64,000 nucleotides of DNA from an uncultured virus (IMG/VR IMGVR_UViG_3300042308_001603) (IMGVR_UViG_3300042308_001603), one strand, 5' to 3'; positions 1 through 9,065 are shown, counted from the stretch's first letter. Translations and numbers: made by a program. Notes: generated by a model not told the origin, from the sequence alone.

Positions 1-105
1 ATCTGCTTGTTTAGCTAGATTTTGCATTGCTTGATCGTAATCAGATTCGTTTAATGCTTTTCTAACTTCTTTACGTATAATTTCTTTTAATTCAGTTTTT
101 TTCAT
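1..105 (-). CDS. Partial small protein with shared N-terminal leader (MKKTELKEIIRKEVRKALNE...), runs off window edge
   Basis: Manual translation; ATG at 105; leader nearly identical to that of 181..450. Confidence 0.8.
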   Translation of the reverse strand, partial: MKKTELKEIIRKEVRKALNESDYDQAMQNLAKQAD

Positions 106-453
106 ATTTTGCTTTAGAATTTCCAATTTATTTTTACCATCTTTCAAAATATTCCCCATGGTACTTATAACATCTTTAGGTTATTTTACTATTTTAAATT
201 TCATTACATCAGGTTCAGATCTGATTTTTTTAAGTGAGTCTGTGTATTTTTCTCTAAATAGCTTGTTAATTATGTTTTTCTCCTTGTTAGGTTCATCATC
301 TAAATAAACGACAATTATACTATCCTTTAACGATAAACCTGCATATTTAACTACTTGATTAAAATCATCTGAAAAGGATTCAAAGGTACCCTCTTTAATC
401 ACTTTTCTAACCTCTTCACGGATTATTTCTTTTAATTCAGTTTTTTTCATATT
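80..453. repeat. 29-bp exact direct repeat (80..108 and 425..453) covering start codons and first codons of two leader-bearing genes
   Basis: atttcttttaattcagtttttttcatatt read at both positions. Confidence 0.9.
181..450 (-). CDS. Small protein with MKKTELKEIIREEVRKVIKE leader (putative head-internal protein)
   Basis: ORF track 181..492; start at 450 preferred by similarity to neighbouring leaders. Confidence 0.75.
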   Translation of the reverse strand: MKKTELKEIIREEVRKVIKEGTFESFSDDFNQVVKYAGLSLKDSIIVVYLDDEPNKEKNIINKLFREKYTDSLKKIRSEPDVMKFKIVK

Positions 454-505
454 GTTATTCCAGTATTGCTGAGTTTGGTATTCGTCGTTCATTTAATAAT
501 ACATA

Positions 506-1015
506 TTAGGATTTTTTAGGACGTCCGCGTTTTCCATTACTGTTCTTAGCACGTTCTGCTTTTTCTGCGTCTTTAATGGCTTTCAATGCCGGATCCATTG
601 GTTTGCGGCCTCTTGAACCACCAGTTGGTACATACACTGCTTTCGTTTTTAATTCGCCATCTTTCTTTGGTCTGCCACGTTTGCCTGGTGTTCCAGTAGA
701 TATTTTTTCTTTAACTACATTTTCTGATTTAGTAAAGAATTTATGCATACCTAACTCAAATGGATGTACAATTACTTCGTCTAAATAATAGTTGTATGTT
801 CCTCCTTCAGAGTGTACTATTTCAAAACCACCATTAGGAAAATATTTGTTTTCTCCTGGTTCATATCTAGCTTTTAATGTAAACAGGGTGTTTGGTTCTT
901 CAAAATAATTGGCGGGTAATACTCGCACTCGTGGTGAGAAGTTAGTAAATTTTAAATCAACATCCACGAAATGTTTACGTGGTGGAAATACTTCATTGTC
1001 TGTAACTACTTTCAT
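506..1015 (-). CDS. AT-hook-containing putative DNA-binding protein
   Basis: Three RGRP/RGRK motifs (KRGRPKK, SRGRKP, KRGRPKK) in a basic C-terminal half. Confidence 0.7.
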   Translation of the reverse strand: MKVVTDNEVFPPRKHFVDVDLKFTNFSPRVRVLPANYFEEPNTLFTLKARYEPGENKYFPNGGFEIVHSEGGTYNYYLDEVIVHPFELGMHKFFTKSENVVKEKISTGTPGKRGRPKKDGELKTKAVYVPTGGSRGRKPMDPALKAIKDAEKAERAKNSNGKRGRPKKS

Positions 1016-1042
1016 AACTTTTATTGGTTTTAATTTATTCCC

Positions 1043-1073
1043 TAAAGATACAACAAAAGGCTTGGGAAACCAA
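1043..1073 (-). promoter_or_regulatory. Bacteroidota-type promoter TTGG-N19-TATCTTTA overlapping the terminator (second copy 1311..1341)
   Basis: Matches the window-wide consensus TTGG-N18-20-TATATTTA. Confidence 0.65.
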
Positions 1074-1078
1074 GCCTT
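1057..1078 (-). terminator. Intrinsic terminator AAGGCTTGG-TTTC-CCAAGCCTT followed by T-rich tract (second copy 1325..1346)
   Basis: Perfect 9-bp stem directly after a stop codon. Confidence 0.75.
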
Positions 1079-1085
1079 CTATTAA

Positions 1086-1283
1086 TTATTTTTGATTTTT
1101 TATAAAAATTATTTCACTTTCCGTCATAAATCTACCAGTATCATATTTTAATGATGTGTGATTTTTATTTAATATGTTGTTATGTATCCATAAATGAGAA
1201 CAATATTTATCCTTCGTTTTCACATCTTTTTCATCACCATATGTAACCAACATATTGAATCCATTTACATTCTCTTTAATCAT
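1086..1283 (-). CDS. Hypothetical 65-aa protein, cassette between the 82-bp repeats
   Basis: ORF track; own promoter and start supplied by the repeat. Confidence 0.7.
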   Translation of the reverse strand: MIKENVNGFNMLVTYGDEKDVKTKDKYCSHLWIHNNILNKNHTSLKYDTGRFMTESEIIFIKNQK

Positions 1284-1353
1284 AACTTTTATTGGTTTTA
1301 ATTTATTCCCTAAAGATACAACAAAAGGCTTGGGAAACCAAGCCTTCTATTAA

Positions 1354-1716
1354 TTATTTTTTAATTTTTCGCAGAGCAGCGAAATCAGCGCCAGTTATTT
1401 TGTCTTCTGGAGGAGCAGCGGATGCTATTTTCTTTTGTTTAGAGGAAAGTGCTTTCTCGTCTAATTGAGAATTGTAATTCTTTAAAAAATTGTATACTTC
1501 TTCAACATCGTCTTTTGATGTTGTGATGTGGTCGTTTGCCCAGTCATGTCCATTTGATAGAATTTGATCTACCATCATTGGATCCATTTGAAGCATTGCG
1601 TCAACTGCATCTTTAATGGTTTTGAGGTTTTGGAAAAACATATAGTTGGATGTGTTTTCCTTCAATGCGATTTGAATTTCTTCTTTTATGATTTGTCTTA
1701 GTTCTAATTTTTTCAT
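1354..1716 (-). CDS. Small protein with MKKLELRQIIKEEIQIALKE leader (putative virion/head protein)
   Basis: Shared leader; C-terminal KITGADFAALRK motif. Confidence 0.75.
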   Translation of the reverse strand: MKKLELRQIIKEEIQIALKENTSNYMFFQNLKTIKDAVDAMLQMDPMMVDQILSNGHDWANDHITTSKDDVEEVYNFLKNYNSQLDEKALSSKQKKIASAAPPEDKITGADFAALRKIKK

Positions 1717-1988
1717 TATACCGTTTTTACGTTGTATGGTTTATTTTGCAAGTTGTTAACTAAAAACCTAACTGCACTTTCTATTGGAATAAGCAATCCT
1801 TTTTTATCAGGTGACGTTCTAACATGAACTTCAGAATAATATTGTTTTGCTTCTTGACACTCTTTCTCGTCAATAAATTGTAAAACAATATATTCTCTAT
1901 CTATCTTATGACTGATAGGTGATTTACTTTCTTTCAGTATGTTACCAATTTCTTCTTTGATGATTTGTCTTAGCTCTGATGCTTTCAT
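1716..1988 (-). CDS. Small protein with MKASELRQIIKEEIGNILKE leader
   Basis: Shared leader; overlaps stop/start codons of both neighbours. Confidence 0.75.
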   Translation of the reverse strand: MKASELRQIIKEEIGNILKESKSPISHKIDREYIVLQFIDEKECQEAKQYYSEVHVRTSPDKKGLLIPIESAVRFLVNNLQNKPYNVKTV

Positions 1989-2128
1989 TTTTTACCTTGA
2001 CCTTTGTATTTTTTCTTGTAATTCTTGCTAGTTTTTAAATCGCTACTTTTCTTTTTACTATGCACTCCAGGACGTTTCTTTTTGAAGCGACTGAATAATT
2101 TAATGATTTGTTCTTTTAATTTTGCCAT
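1985..2128 (-). CDS. 47-aa highly basic protein (MAKLKEQIIKLFSRFKKKRPGVHSKKKSSDLKTSKNYKKKYKGQGKK), not in ORF track
   Basis: Manual translation; ATGA overlap with next gene; ATATTTAT motif just upstream. Confidence 0.75.
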   Translation of the reverse strand: MAKLKEQIIKLFSRFKKKRPGVHSKKKSSDLKTSKNYKKKYKGQGKK

Positions 2129-2149
2129 GATACTAATAAATATGGTAAG

Positions 2150-2455
2150 TTATTTACTTTTACTTAAAGTAGTAATAGCTTCATTAATTTTCCCACATTC
2201 TTCATACATCTCTTGCTTTTCAAAGTATTCTAGATTTTCTTTCAATGTTGAAATAAAATGTTTTTTCTCTAGAGTTATGTCGAGTATTGTATTATCATCG
2301 TTACATTTTACAGAAAACATATGGATATTTTTCTTTCTAGTAGTTAAATTACCTAAAATTGATTTAATTACAGCTTTGTGTATATTAAGATCTTTCTTAT
2401 TCACCATCTCCTGGAAATCTTCCATTGTTTTTACTTTAAATTCTTTCGGTTTCAT
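2150..2455 (-). CDS. Hypothetical protein with C-terminal UVR-like motif
   Basis: EKQEMYEECGKINEAI resembles the UvrB/UvrC interaction motif. Confidence 0.55.
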   Translation of the reverse strand: MKPKEFKVKTMEDFQEMVNKKDLNIHKAVIKSILGNLTTRKKNIHMFSVKCNDDNTILDITLEKKHFISTLKENLEYFEKQEMYEECGKINEAITTLSKSK

Positions 2456-2457
2456 AA

Positions 2458-2616
2458 TTAAAATAAATTAAATAGGTTTGGATTTATTTTTTTCTCTCGC
2501 AACTTTTGCATTTTTTCATCGTTTTTAAGCATTTTGGTAGCTAATTTATCCAAGTGCTCCGATTTTTGACGGTTATAGTCTTTAACTATTTTGTCGTGTT
2601 TTTTATGCTTTGCCAT
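2458..2616 (-). CDS. 52-aa basic hypothetical protein (MAKHKKHDKIVKDYNRQKSEHLDKL...), not in ORF track
   Basis: Manual translation; fills the intergenic gap; ATATTTAT upstream. Confidence 0.7.
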   Translation of the reverse strand: MAKHKKHDKIVKDYNRQKSEHLDKLATKMLKNDEKMQKLREKKINPNLFNLF

Positions 2617-2631
2617 ACATCAATAAATATT

Positions 2632-3285
2632 TCAAATCCTAGAAATAAATTCAGAACCATCGCTTTCATCAGGTTTGGGTGGGTCGTACAATCCTAATTT
2701 TTCCAATTGTTCTAATTGATAATCGTCTAATTGAAAATCAATTGCATCGCTAGTGCCCTGAATTGGGTTGTGTGTTTCCAGTTGCTGGATGTCTTTTACA
2801 TTGAAGATATCTCCCATGTTTAGAAAATAACAATTATAACACAAAAAACGAATATTTCCTAAATTATAATGATTCGGATTATTGTCTTTAAAATTTAATA
2901 TTAATGGTATTTTATAATCAGTAACTCGTCTTTCATGAAAGCTACATATAGAGCATTCTTCCTTTAAATATCCTTCCTCAATCATTTTCTTTTTGATTTT
3001 TTCAGGGGAAAAATGTTTAACAGATATTCTACCTTCAATTATGTCCTTAATATCCCACTTGCTTTTAGCATTGTGGCCAGTAAGAAATTTAGGTATACCT
3101 TTTCCTGCTTGATTTTTATGTGCTTCAAATAAACTTCTACCACCTTCTATTTCATGATATCTTTTTGCCCATGTTTTATAATGAATATAACTTACATTAA
3201 GATATCTTGCTGCAGCCTTGTTTGACTTAGTGTGTTTCATTGCGAGCAAAATTTGCTCTTTAGTCAATGGTTTAGGAAGTGGCAT
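2632..3285 (-). CDS. HTH plus degenerate HNH/zinc-finger protein
   Basis: N-terminal NKAAARYLNVSY HTH-like; CSIC...LNFKDNNPNHYNLGNIRFLCYNCY is HNH-like but lacks the catalytic His residues. Confidence 0.6.
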   Translation of the reverse strand: MPLPKPLTKEQILLAMKHTKSNKAAARYLNVSYIHYKTWAKRYHEIEGGRSLFEAHKNQAGKGIPKFLTGHNAKSKWDIKDIIEGRISVKHFSPEKIKKKMIEEGYLKEECSICSFHERRVTDYKIPLILNFKDNNPNHYNLGNIRFLCYNCYFLNMGDIFNVKDIQQLETHNPIQGTSDAIDFQLDDYQLEQLEKLGLYDPPKPDESDGSEFISRI

Positions 3286-3289
3286 AACT

Positions 3290-3589
3290 TTAAATTAAAA
3301 AACTATTATCTTCAGTTTCTTCTTCTTCATCATCATCGTCTTCTGGGGTTTCTTCATCATCGAATGGTTTTCCCATTAACATTGTTTCTATTTCTTGGAA
3401 TTTTCTAAATTCATCTGGTTCCATGATGATTGTTTCATTATAGGTGTGGTCTCCTTCACCTTTAGTAACAGTAACTCCACCTTTTTTTCCTGTAGTAGAG
3501 CAACTAACACATTTGATTGTGTTTGGAAGAATTTCCAAACGTTTTGGGTGAATTGGTTCATTACAAATCACACATTTTTTTGTCTTCAT
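3290..3589 (-). CDS. TraR/DksA-type C4 zinc-finger protein with acidic tail
   Basis: CVICNEPIHPKRLEILPNTIKCVSC. Confidence 0.8.
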   Translation of the reverse strand: MKTKKCVICNEPIHPKRLEILPNTIKCVSCSTTGKKGGVTVTKGEGDHTYNETIIMEPDEFRKFQEIETMLMGKPFDDEETPEDDDDEEEETEDNSFLI

Positions 3590-3592
3590 AAC

Positions 3593-4003
3593 TTATTTAT
3601 TTTTGTTTTTGTCTTTTTTTAGCATTACAATAAAGTCCCAAAGTTGAGTTGGATTATTTATTATTATTTCTTTTTTTTCGTTGTCTGTATTTAGTACTAG
3701 TGAATATAAATTTCCTTCTTCATCTATTCTTCCATACACATACCACAGCATGATTTCTGCTTCCCAATCCTCGTAAAGATAATATACCATATCTTCAAGC
3801 AATGAGAAATATCTTTCTTCATACTCTAGCAAATTGATTTTGAATTTTTCATACAATTGAGCTGATTCATTCCAGGAAGTCTCCATTCTAGAGATCAAGT
3901 CAATAAATATTTCTTTTTCAGATTTTGGGGTCTTCTTTTCTGCAACAGCGCCTCGTTTACTGAGTTTGAGCTGTTTGCCTAAATTATTTAGATTTATCTT
4001 CAT
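3593..4003 (-). CDS. Hypothetical protein
   Basis: ORF track, operon context. Confidence 0.75.
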   Translation of the reverse strand: MKINLNNLGKQLKLSKRGAVAEKKTPKSEKEIFIDLISRMETSWNESAQLYEKFKINLLEYEERYFSLLEDMVYYLYEDWEAEIMLWYVYGRIDEEGNLYSLVLNTDNEKKEIIINNPTQLWDFIVMLKKDKNKNK

Positions 4004-4166
4004 ATTCTTCTATTGAGAAAAGTCTTAAAAATGTAGTTTCGTCAATTCGTTTACGATCTGCAAAATATTGTAAAGCATCATCAAATGAGTCAGCTGTTAT
4101 TTTATTAAGGATTTCTTTGTTTGGATCATTTCTTAAATGGCAAACGTACACTTTGTTTTTTAACAT
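3984..4166 (-). CDS. Hypothetical protein
   Basis: ORF track; promoter-like motif at 4179..4210. Confidence 0.7.
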   Translation of the reverse strand: MLKNKVYVCHLRNDPNKEILNKITADSFDDALQYFADRKRIDETTFLRLFSIEEYEDKSK

Positions 4167-4215
4167 ACTTTCCTTTTTTAAATATATTAATAAATATTTT
4201 AAAAACCTAGTTAAC

Positions 4216-4986
4216 TTACAGAAATTTTAAATTATTTTGAGGATTATGTTTTATATGAGAACCCCACTTATATTTGGCGTATTCGTGGCCGTTGATTTCG
4301 GCTTGTCTTCTTTTTTCTCCATTTACAGAAATAGAGGCAAAATGATAAAAGTGACATTCATAAGTTCGAAGCATCTTCATTCCTGCTAATTGACATTTAA
4401 GAAAAAAATCCCAATCCGCTACCATTCCTTGCTCGTAAGTTTCATCCCACCCACCTACTTTAAGAAAATCTATTCTAGACATAAAGATAGGTAATGTAGA
4501 TCCTGATTCGTCTATTTTCCCTCCTGCAGCAAAATGATAATCAAATTGCCAGAATTTTTGTAAATCAAATGTTTTTGGGTCTCTTCCTAAATCCTCAATT
4601 AAAAATTGAGGAAACATACTAGGTGTAGGTTCTATTTGGTTTGGAGATACAACTGAGTTTGGTTGGTATGATTCTAATAAAGATAAATCCCAATTTTCAG
4701 GGAATACATTATCATCATTTACTATGAGAACCAATTCATACTTTGCATTAAAAACGCCTAAATTGGTTGCTCGACACAATCCAACATTCTCTTCTAAATT
4801 TAATATATCAATTGATTTAGAATGTTTTTCGAGTACTTCTTTATTAATGTCGTAGTGTCCATCTACAACAACTATAATTTGATTTTTTCTATCTTGTTGT
4901 CCTTGAATAGCTGATGTAAGACATAAGTCTAGAGCGTCTGGACTGCGAAAAGTAGGGATGATTACTGAAATGTATGTTTTCTCCAT
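4216..4986 (-). CDS. Glycosyltransferase family 2
   Basis: ISVIIPT, IVVVDG, NDD, GGWDE, DWDF motifs. Confidence 0.9.
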   Translation of the reverse strand: MEKTYISVIIPTFRSPDALDLCLTSAIQGQQDRKNQIIVVVDGHYDINKEVLEKHSKSIDILNLEENVGLCRATNLGVFNAKYELVLIVNDDNVFPENWDLSLLESYQPNSVVSPNQIEPTPSMFPQFLIEDLGRDPKTFDLQKFWQFDYHFAAGGKIDESGSTLPIFMSRIDFLKVGGWDETYEQGMVADWDFFLKCQLAGMKMLRTYECHFYHFASISVNGEKRRQAEINGHEYAKYKWGSHIKHNPQNNLKFL

Positions 4987-5699
4987 TCGTTAATTAAGTT
5001 TTCTTGTTTTATTTTGTATAAAGGTGCTAACCAAGCTGTTTCTCCATGAGTGCTGAATGTGTTTAAAGGGCATAATAAAGCACTACCTTTTTTATCTCTT
5101 AATTCAAGAAACATTTTAAAATCGTCTGGGTGAGTTCCACTTGTGTATTTTCTTAATATTGCTTCATCTTCTTTTAATGTTTTTACTTTAGCAGCAAAAG
5201 TCATAGTTGTACTATTAAACATCCCAAACAATTGAGTTTCACCTCTATACATTTTAGAAAAATATCCTCCATCTTGATCTACTTCTGGATTTCCGCCAGC
5301 AAATGGAGGTATAAATTTATCAGGATGAAGATATAAAGTCATGTAAGGTGCTCCTAATTTAAATCCTTCTTCTAGTATTTGAGGAGAATTTTGTAAATGA
5401 ATATAGTCATTTTCTACAAAGTAAACTATTTCATCTTCATCCCATTTTAAAGCCATATCTAAAGCTAGATTGAATGTTCCTGCTCCATGACCTATTTTAA
5501 CATGAGTGATTTGAGATTGATTAACATACTTGCAAATCATTTCAGTTGTTTCTTTAGAAACATTATCTGCTATAATATGAATGTTATGAATTTCTTCAAT
5601 AAATACTTTACAAAAATTATTTAAACAATTTTCGTTGTTGATATAGTCTGGCTTTACTTTATTGTAGCCGGTGTCTGATATTCTATAAATTATTTTCAT
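4962..5699 (-). CDS. Putative GT-A fold glycosyltransferase
   Basis: IHIIADN and VYFVENDYIH (DxD-like); cluster context. Confidence 0.65.
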   Translation of the reverse strand: MKIIYRISDTGYNKVKPDYINNENCLNNFCKVFIEEIHNIHIIADNVSKETTEMICKYVNQSQITHVKIGHGAGTFNLALDMALKWDEDEIVYFVENDYIHLQNSPQILEEGFKLGAPYMTLYLHPDKFIPPFAGGNPEVDQDGGYFSKMYRGETQLFGMFNSTTMTFAAKVKTLKEDEAILRKYTSGTHPDDFKMFLELRDKKGSALLCPLNTFSTHGETAWLAPLYKIKQENLINEWRKHTFQ

Positions 5700-5706
5700 G
5701 TGTTAA

Positions 5707-6288
5707 TTATTTTATAGGTTCAAATTTCATAGAATGAATATCTACATTTTTTAATTTATTACATTTTGCAAGTATATTGTATTTAATAGGAAATAAATTT
5801 CTGTCTGGGGTTTCTAGTTTATCTATTTCAATAATATCAAAATCTTTTAATAATACTTTCCATCCAAATTCTGTAAATCTCCAGCAATCAGGAATAGGAC
5901 CATGAATTCTCCAATTTAGTGGGGCTGAGAATAAAATATATCCTTCGTGTTTGGTTATTCGTCTTAATTCTTCTACAGCAGCAAATGGATTTAAGGTATG
6001 TTCTAATATTTCTAAACAAGTAACTATATCATATGTAGATTCATCTATGTGAGAATTATGTTTAGTAATATCTCCTATAATATCAGGATTATAATTCGGA
6101 ACTATATCTAGTGTTTTAATATCACACATATTAAAAGCAGTTTTTACTTCAGAACGTTCTTGAGGTCCAATTTCAAGTAATTTAGCACCTTCATATCCGT
6201 GTGTTTTAGCTACTCTGTTAATAAATGAATTAAGATGCTCTCTCGTAGCTAAAAAGGTTTCATTATCAAATTTTGATGGTTCAATCAT
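5707..6288 (-). CDS. Class I SAM-dependent methyltransferase
   Basis: LLEIGP, YDIVTCLEILEH, DCWRFT. Confidence 0.85.
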   Translation of the reverse strand: MIEPSKFDNETFLATREHLNSFINRVAKTHGYEGAKLLEIGPQERSEVKTAFNMCDIKTLDIVPNYNPDIIGDITKHNSHIDESTYDIVTCLEILEHTLNPFAAVEELRRITKHEGYILFSAPLNWRIHGPIPDCWRFTEFGWKVLLKDFDIIEIDKLETPDRNLFPIKYNILAKCNKLKNVDIHSMKFEPIK

Positions 6289-6293
6289 ATATT

Positions 6294-7112
6294 TTATTTT
6301 AATTTTTCTTTAAATAAAGCTCCTCCAAAAACATTACCTTCACTTTTAGCAGTTGTAATAAAAAGTTCATCCATGTTTTCTCCTCCTAAACAACATGAAG
6401 TTACTCTTGGACAAGGCAAAGTTATTTCGTCTAGTACTCTTCCAGTATTAACATCCCATTTCCTAACTCTACTTCCTTCCCATTCAGCTACCCATATATT
6501 TCCATCTAAATCAACACACATTCCATCAGGTAATCCGGGTCCATCAATTTCTACAATGAATTTTTCAAATAAAATATCACCAGTGGCTAAATTATATTCG
6601 TATTGAGCTACTTTCTTTGTAGGTGTATCTATGAAATACATTTTTTCTCCATTGTGAGAAAATCCTATTCCATTTGAGATTAATAAATTATTTAATAATA
6701 CTTTATGTACTCCATTATAATACGAAAACAATTTACCTTTCACAATTTCTTTTTCAAGAAAAAAATCTTTTTCACTCTTTGTTCCTACAAGAAATCTCCC
6801 AACTGGATCAAATCTACCATCATTGTAACGTAAATTTACATCTGATTCGAATTGAGTTAAGTATATTTTTTCTTTTGTTTTAGGATTTATGTTAAAAATT
6901 CCTTCTTTTTCTGCTGAAATAAGATTTCCATCTAAAGTTAAAGCAACACACCCTACACTTCCTTGAGTTGGGTAGGATTGTACTTCTCCTGATTTGGGGT
7001 TAATTTGATAAATAAGACCTTGTTCTATTGATACACAATATACTAATTTGTTAACTGCGTCCCATATAGGTCCTTCTAGTAAGCTTGATCCTGCGTGAAA
7101 AATTAGTTCCAT
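6294..7112 (-). CDS. SMP-30/gluconolactonase/LRE family lactonase
   Basis: EGPIW, RYNDG, ISNGIGFS, PDGMCVD, LFITTA. Confidence 0.92.
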   Translation of the reverse strand: MELIFHAGSSLLEGPIWDAVNKLVYCVSIEQGLIYQINPKSGEVQSYPTQGSVGCVALTLDGNLISAEKEGIFNINPKTKEKIYLTQFESDVNLRYNDGRFDPVGRFLVGTKSEKDFFLEKEIVKGKLFSYYNGVHKVLLNNLLISNGIGFSHNGEKMYFIDTPTKKVAQYEYNLATGDILFEKFIVEIDGPGLPDGMCVDLDGNIWVAEWEGSRVRKWDVNTGRVLDEITLPCPRVTSCCLGGENMDELFITTAKSEGNVFGGALFKEKLK

Positions 7113-7113
7113 A

Positions 7114-8313
7114 CTATAAATTAATTTTAAATTGTAAAAGTGATACTAAAATATTGTAACGTGGAATTTGAATTATTTTATCTTTATCAACTCCATGTTT
7201 TATTAATTTTAACACTGCTTGGTTAGAATTATCTTCATCAATTAATGTTATTAAAACAGCATCATAATCAAGGGATTTAATTTTATCAAACCCTGTTACA
7301 GGGAGATTTAGTTTTGCATAGTGTTTGTGTTTTTCATCTAACCATGCTAGAATATCATATGATTTACTATTAATTATTTTTTTATACATGTGTTGACCAA
7401 AAGTACCTCCCCCATACATTACTAATCTTTTTTTAGGCTTAATTTCATTAAAAGGATATAATTTTGTTATATTATCTACATTTGGACCTTCAGTATTAAT
7501 TATTAATAAGCTTAAAAGATAATATTGGAGTTGAGGTAACATTATATTTAAAACTCCCTTATCAGAAAATATATTTTTAAGGTCATCATAAACCTTTTGC
7601 ATTTTAGATATTTCTATTTTTCTTAAAGTTTTCATTTGAGAATCTGCTCGTTGTCTATAATGATAACCAGGTTGTTCTGAAATAACTAATATATTAGTGT
7701 CTAATAAAGTTGGATATAGACATAAAGCATCTTCCCCTATAGTTATATTTTCATCAACATTTAATTGATTTTTTAATAATGTTTCTTTTCTATATAATTT
7801 CCCCCATGAATATGAAAATATCCCAAATTGAGCAAATTTTCCAGTGTATAACATTTTAGGATAAATTGTTGATTTAAGTACTTCTTTATCATAAACACCA
7901 GAAGGTAATGAGTTCATTAAAATATCTTCTCTACCTTCTAAATTTACTATATGGGATGATATAACAACATCAGCATTAAATTTTAGAACTTGATCTACAT
8001 AATGTTTTATAATATCAAGTTCAACCCAATCATCTCCATCAATATACAACACATATTCACCTGTTGAAGCTAGAAGTCCTGTTTTACGAGAACTAACTAA
8101 TCCTCCATTGGTTTTATGGATTGTTTTAACTCTATTATCAATAGAAGAATAGTTATCACATATTTCTCCACTTGAATCTATTGAACCATCATCAACAAGG
8201 ATAACTTCTATATTTTTATAAGATTGATTTATAGCACTTTGAATACATTTATCTAAAAATGCTTCACTGTTATATATTGGGATAATTATACTAACTAAAG
8301 GATTACTTCTCAT
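7114..8313 (-). CDS. Glycosyltransferase family 2 with C-terminal Rossmann-like domain
   Basis: VSIIIPIYN, VDDGSID, IDGDDW, GED; C-terminal MYGGGTFG; start trimmed to MRSNPLV. Confidence 0.9.
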   Translation of the reverse strand: MRSNPLVSIIIPIYNSEAFLDKCIQSAINQSYKNIEVILVDDGSIDSSGEICDNYSSIDNRVKTIHKTNGGLVSSRKTGLLASTGEYVLYIDGDDWVELDIIKHYVDQVLKFNADVVISSHIVNLEGREDILMNSLPSGVYDKEVLKSTIYPKMLYTGKFAQFGIFSYSWGKLYRKETLLKNQLNVDENITIGEDALCLYPTLLDTNILVISEQPGYHYRQRADSQMKTLRKIEISKMQKVYDDLKNIFSDKGVLNIMLPQLQYYLLSLLIINTEGPNVDNITKLYPFNEIKPKKRLVMYGGGTFGQHMYKKIINSKSYDILAWLDEKHKHYAKLNLPVTGFDKIKSLDYDAVLITLIDEDNSNQAVLKLIKHGVDKDKIIQIPRYNILVSLLQFKINL

Positions 8314-8330
8314 AACTATTTTATTTTTTA

Positions 8331-9065
8331 TTACATAAACCAACCACCAGTAATTCTGATGTTTGATCCTGATACCATTAGTGCATTATCAGAAAGTAAA
8401 TATATTATTGTGGGGACTATATCTTCGTATTTGTTCATTCTACCCATAGGAATAAATGTTGATGCATGTTTTTCTAAATCATCTTTAGACATTCCTTGAC
8501 TTTCTCTTAAAGCTAATTCTCCTTCTGTTGGTGTCCAACCCATTGTAATATAGTTAGAACGTATATTGTATTTACTATAGTTTTTAGCTATGTGGTTTGC
8601 TAATGTAACAACAGCTCCTTTTGAACACGCATATGAAACTCTATCAATTTCACCTGCATCAGAATGAGGAGATCCTGTAAATATAATTGAACCTCCAGTT
8701 TTATTTTCTTTCATATACTTTACAGCATATTTAGAACAAAACAAAGCTCCTTTTAAATTTACATTAAATATTTCATCATGTAGTTCTTCAGTACATTCTA
8801 ATAATGATTGAGCAGGAGTAATTCCTGCATAACTAAAAAAACCATCTATTTTACCAAAAGTTTCATATGCTATTTTAAATAATTTTTCACAATCATTTAC
8901 ATTAGATACATCGGTATAAATAGATATTAGTTGTTTTTCTTTTAATTCGTTTTTAACATCTAAATCCCCAAATACTACATTGTGTCCTAACTTAATAAGT
9001 TCAGAAACTACTTGTTTTGCTACTCCTGTAGATCCTCCTGCTATAACAAATGTTTTTTTATTCAT
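8331..9065 (-). CDS. Short-chain dehydrogenase/reductase
   Basis: GGSTGVA, YAG, YACSK (YxxxK), C-terminal GSNIRITGG. Confidence 0.9.
   Translation of the reverse strand: MNKKTFVIAGGSTGVAKQVVSELIKLGHNVVFGDLDVKNELKEKQLISIYTDVSNVNDCEKLFKIAYETFGKIDGFFSYAGITPAQSLLECTEELHDEIFNVNLKGALFCSKYAVKYMKENKTGGSIIFTGSPHSDAGEIDRVSYACSKGAVVTLANHIAKNYSKYNIRSNYITMGWTPTEGELALRESQGMSKDDLEKHASTFIPMGRMNKYEDIVPTIIYLLSDNALMVSGSNIRITGGWFM

Larger units (their letters stand above)
1012..1361. repeat. 82-bp exact direct repeat (1012..1093 and 1280..1361) containing terminator hairpin, promoter and start codon
   Basis: Identical sequence read at both positions, offset 268 bp. Confidence 0.95.
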
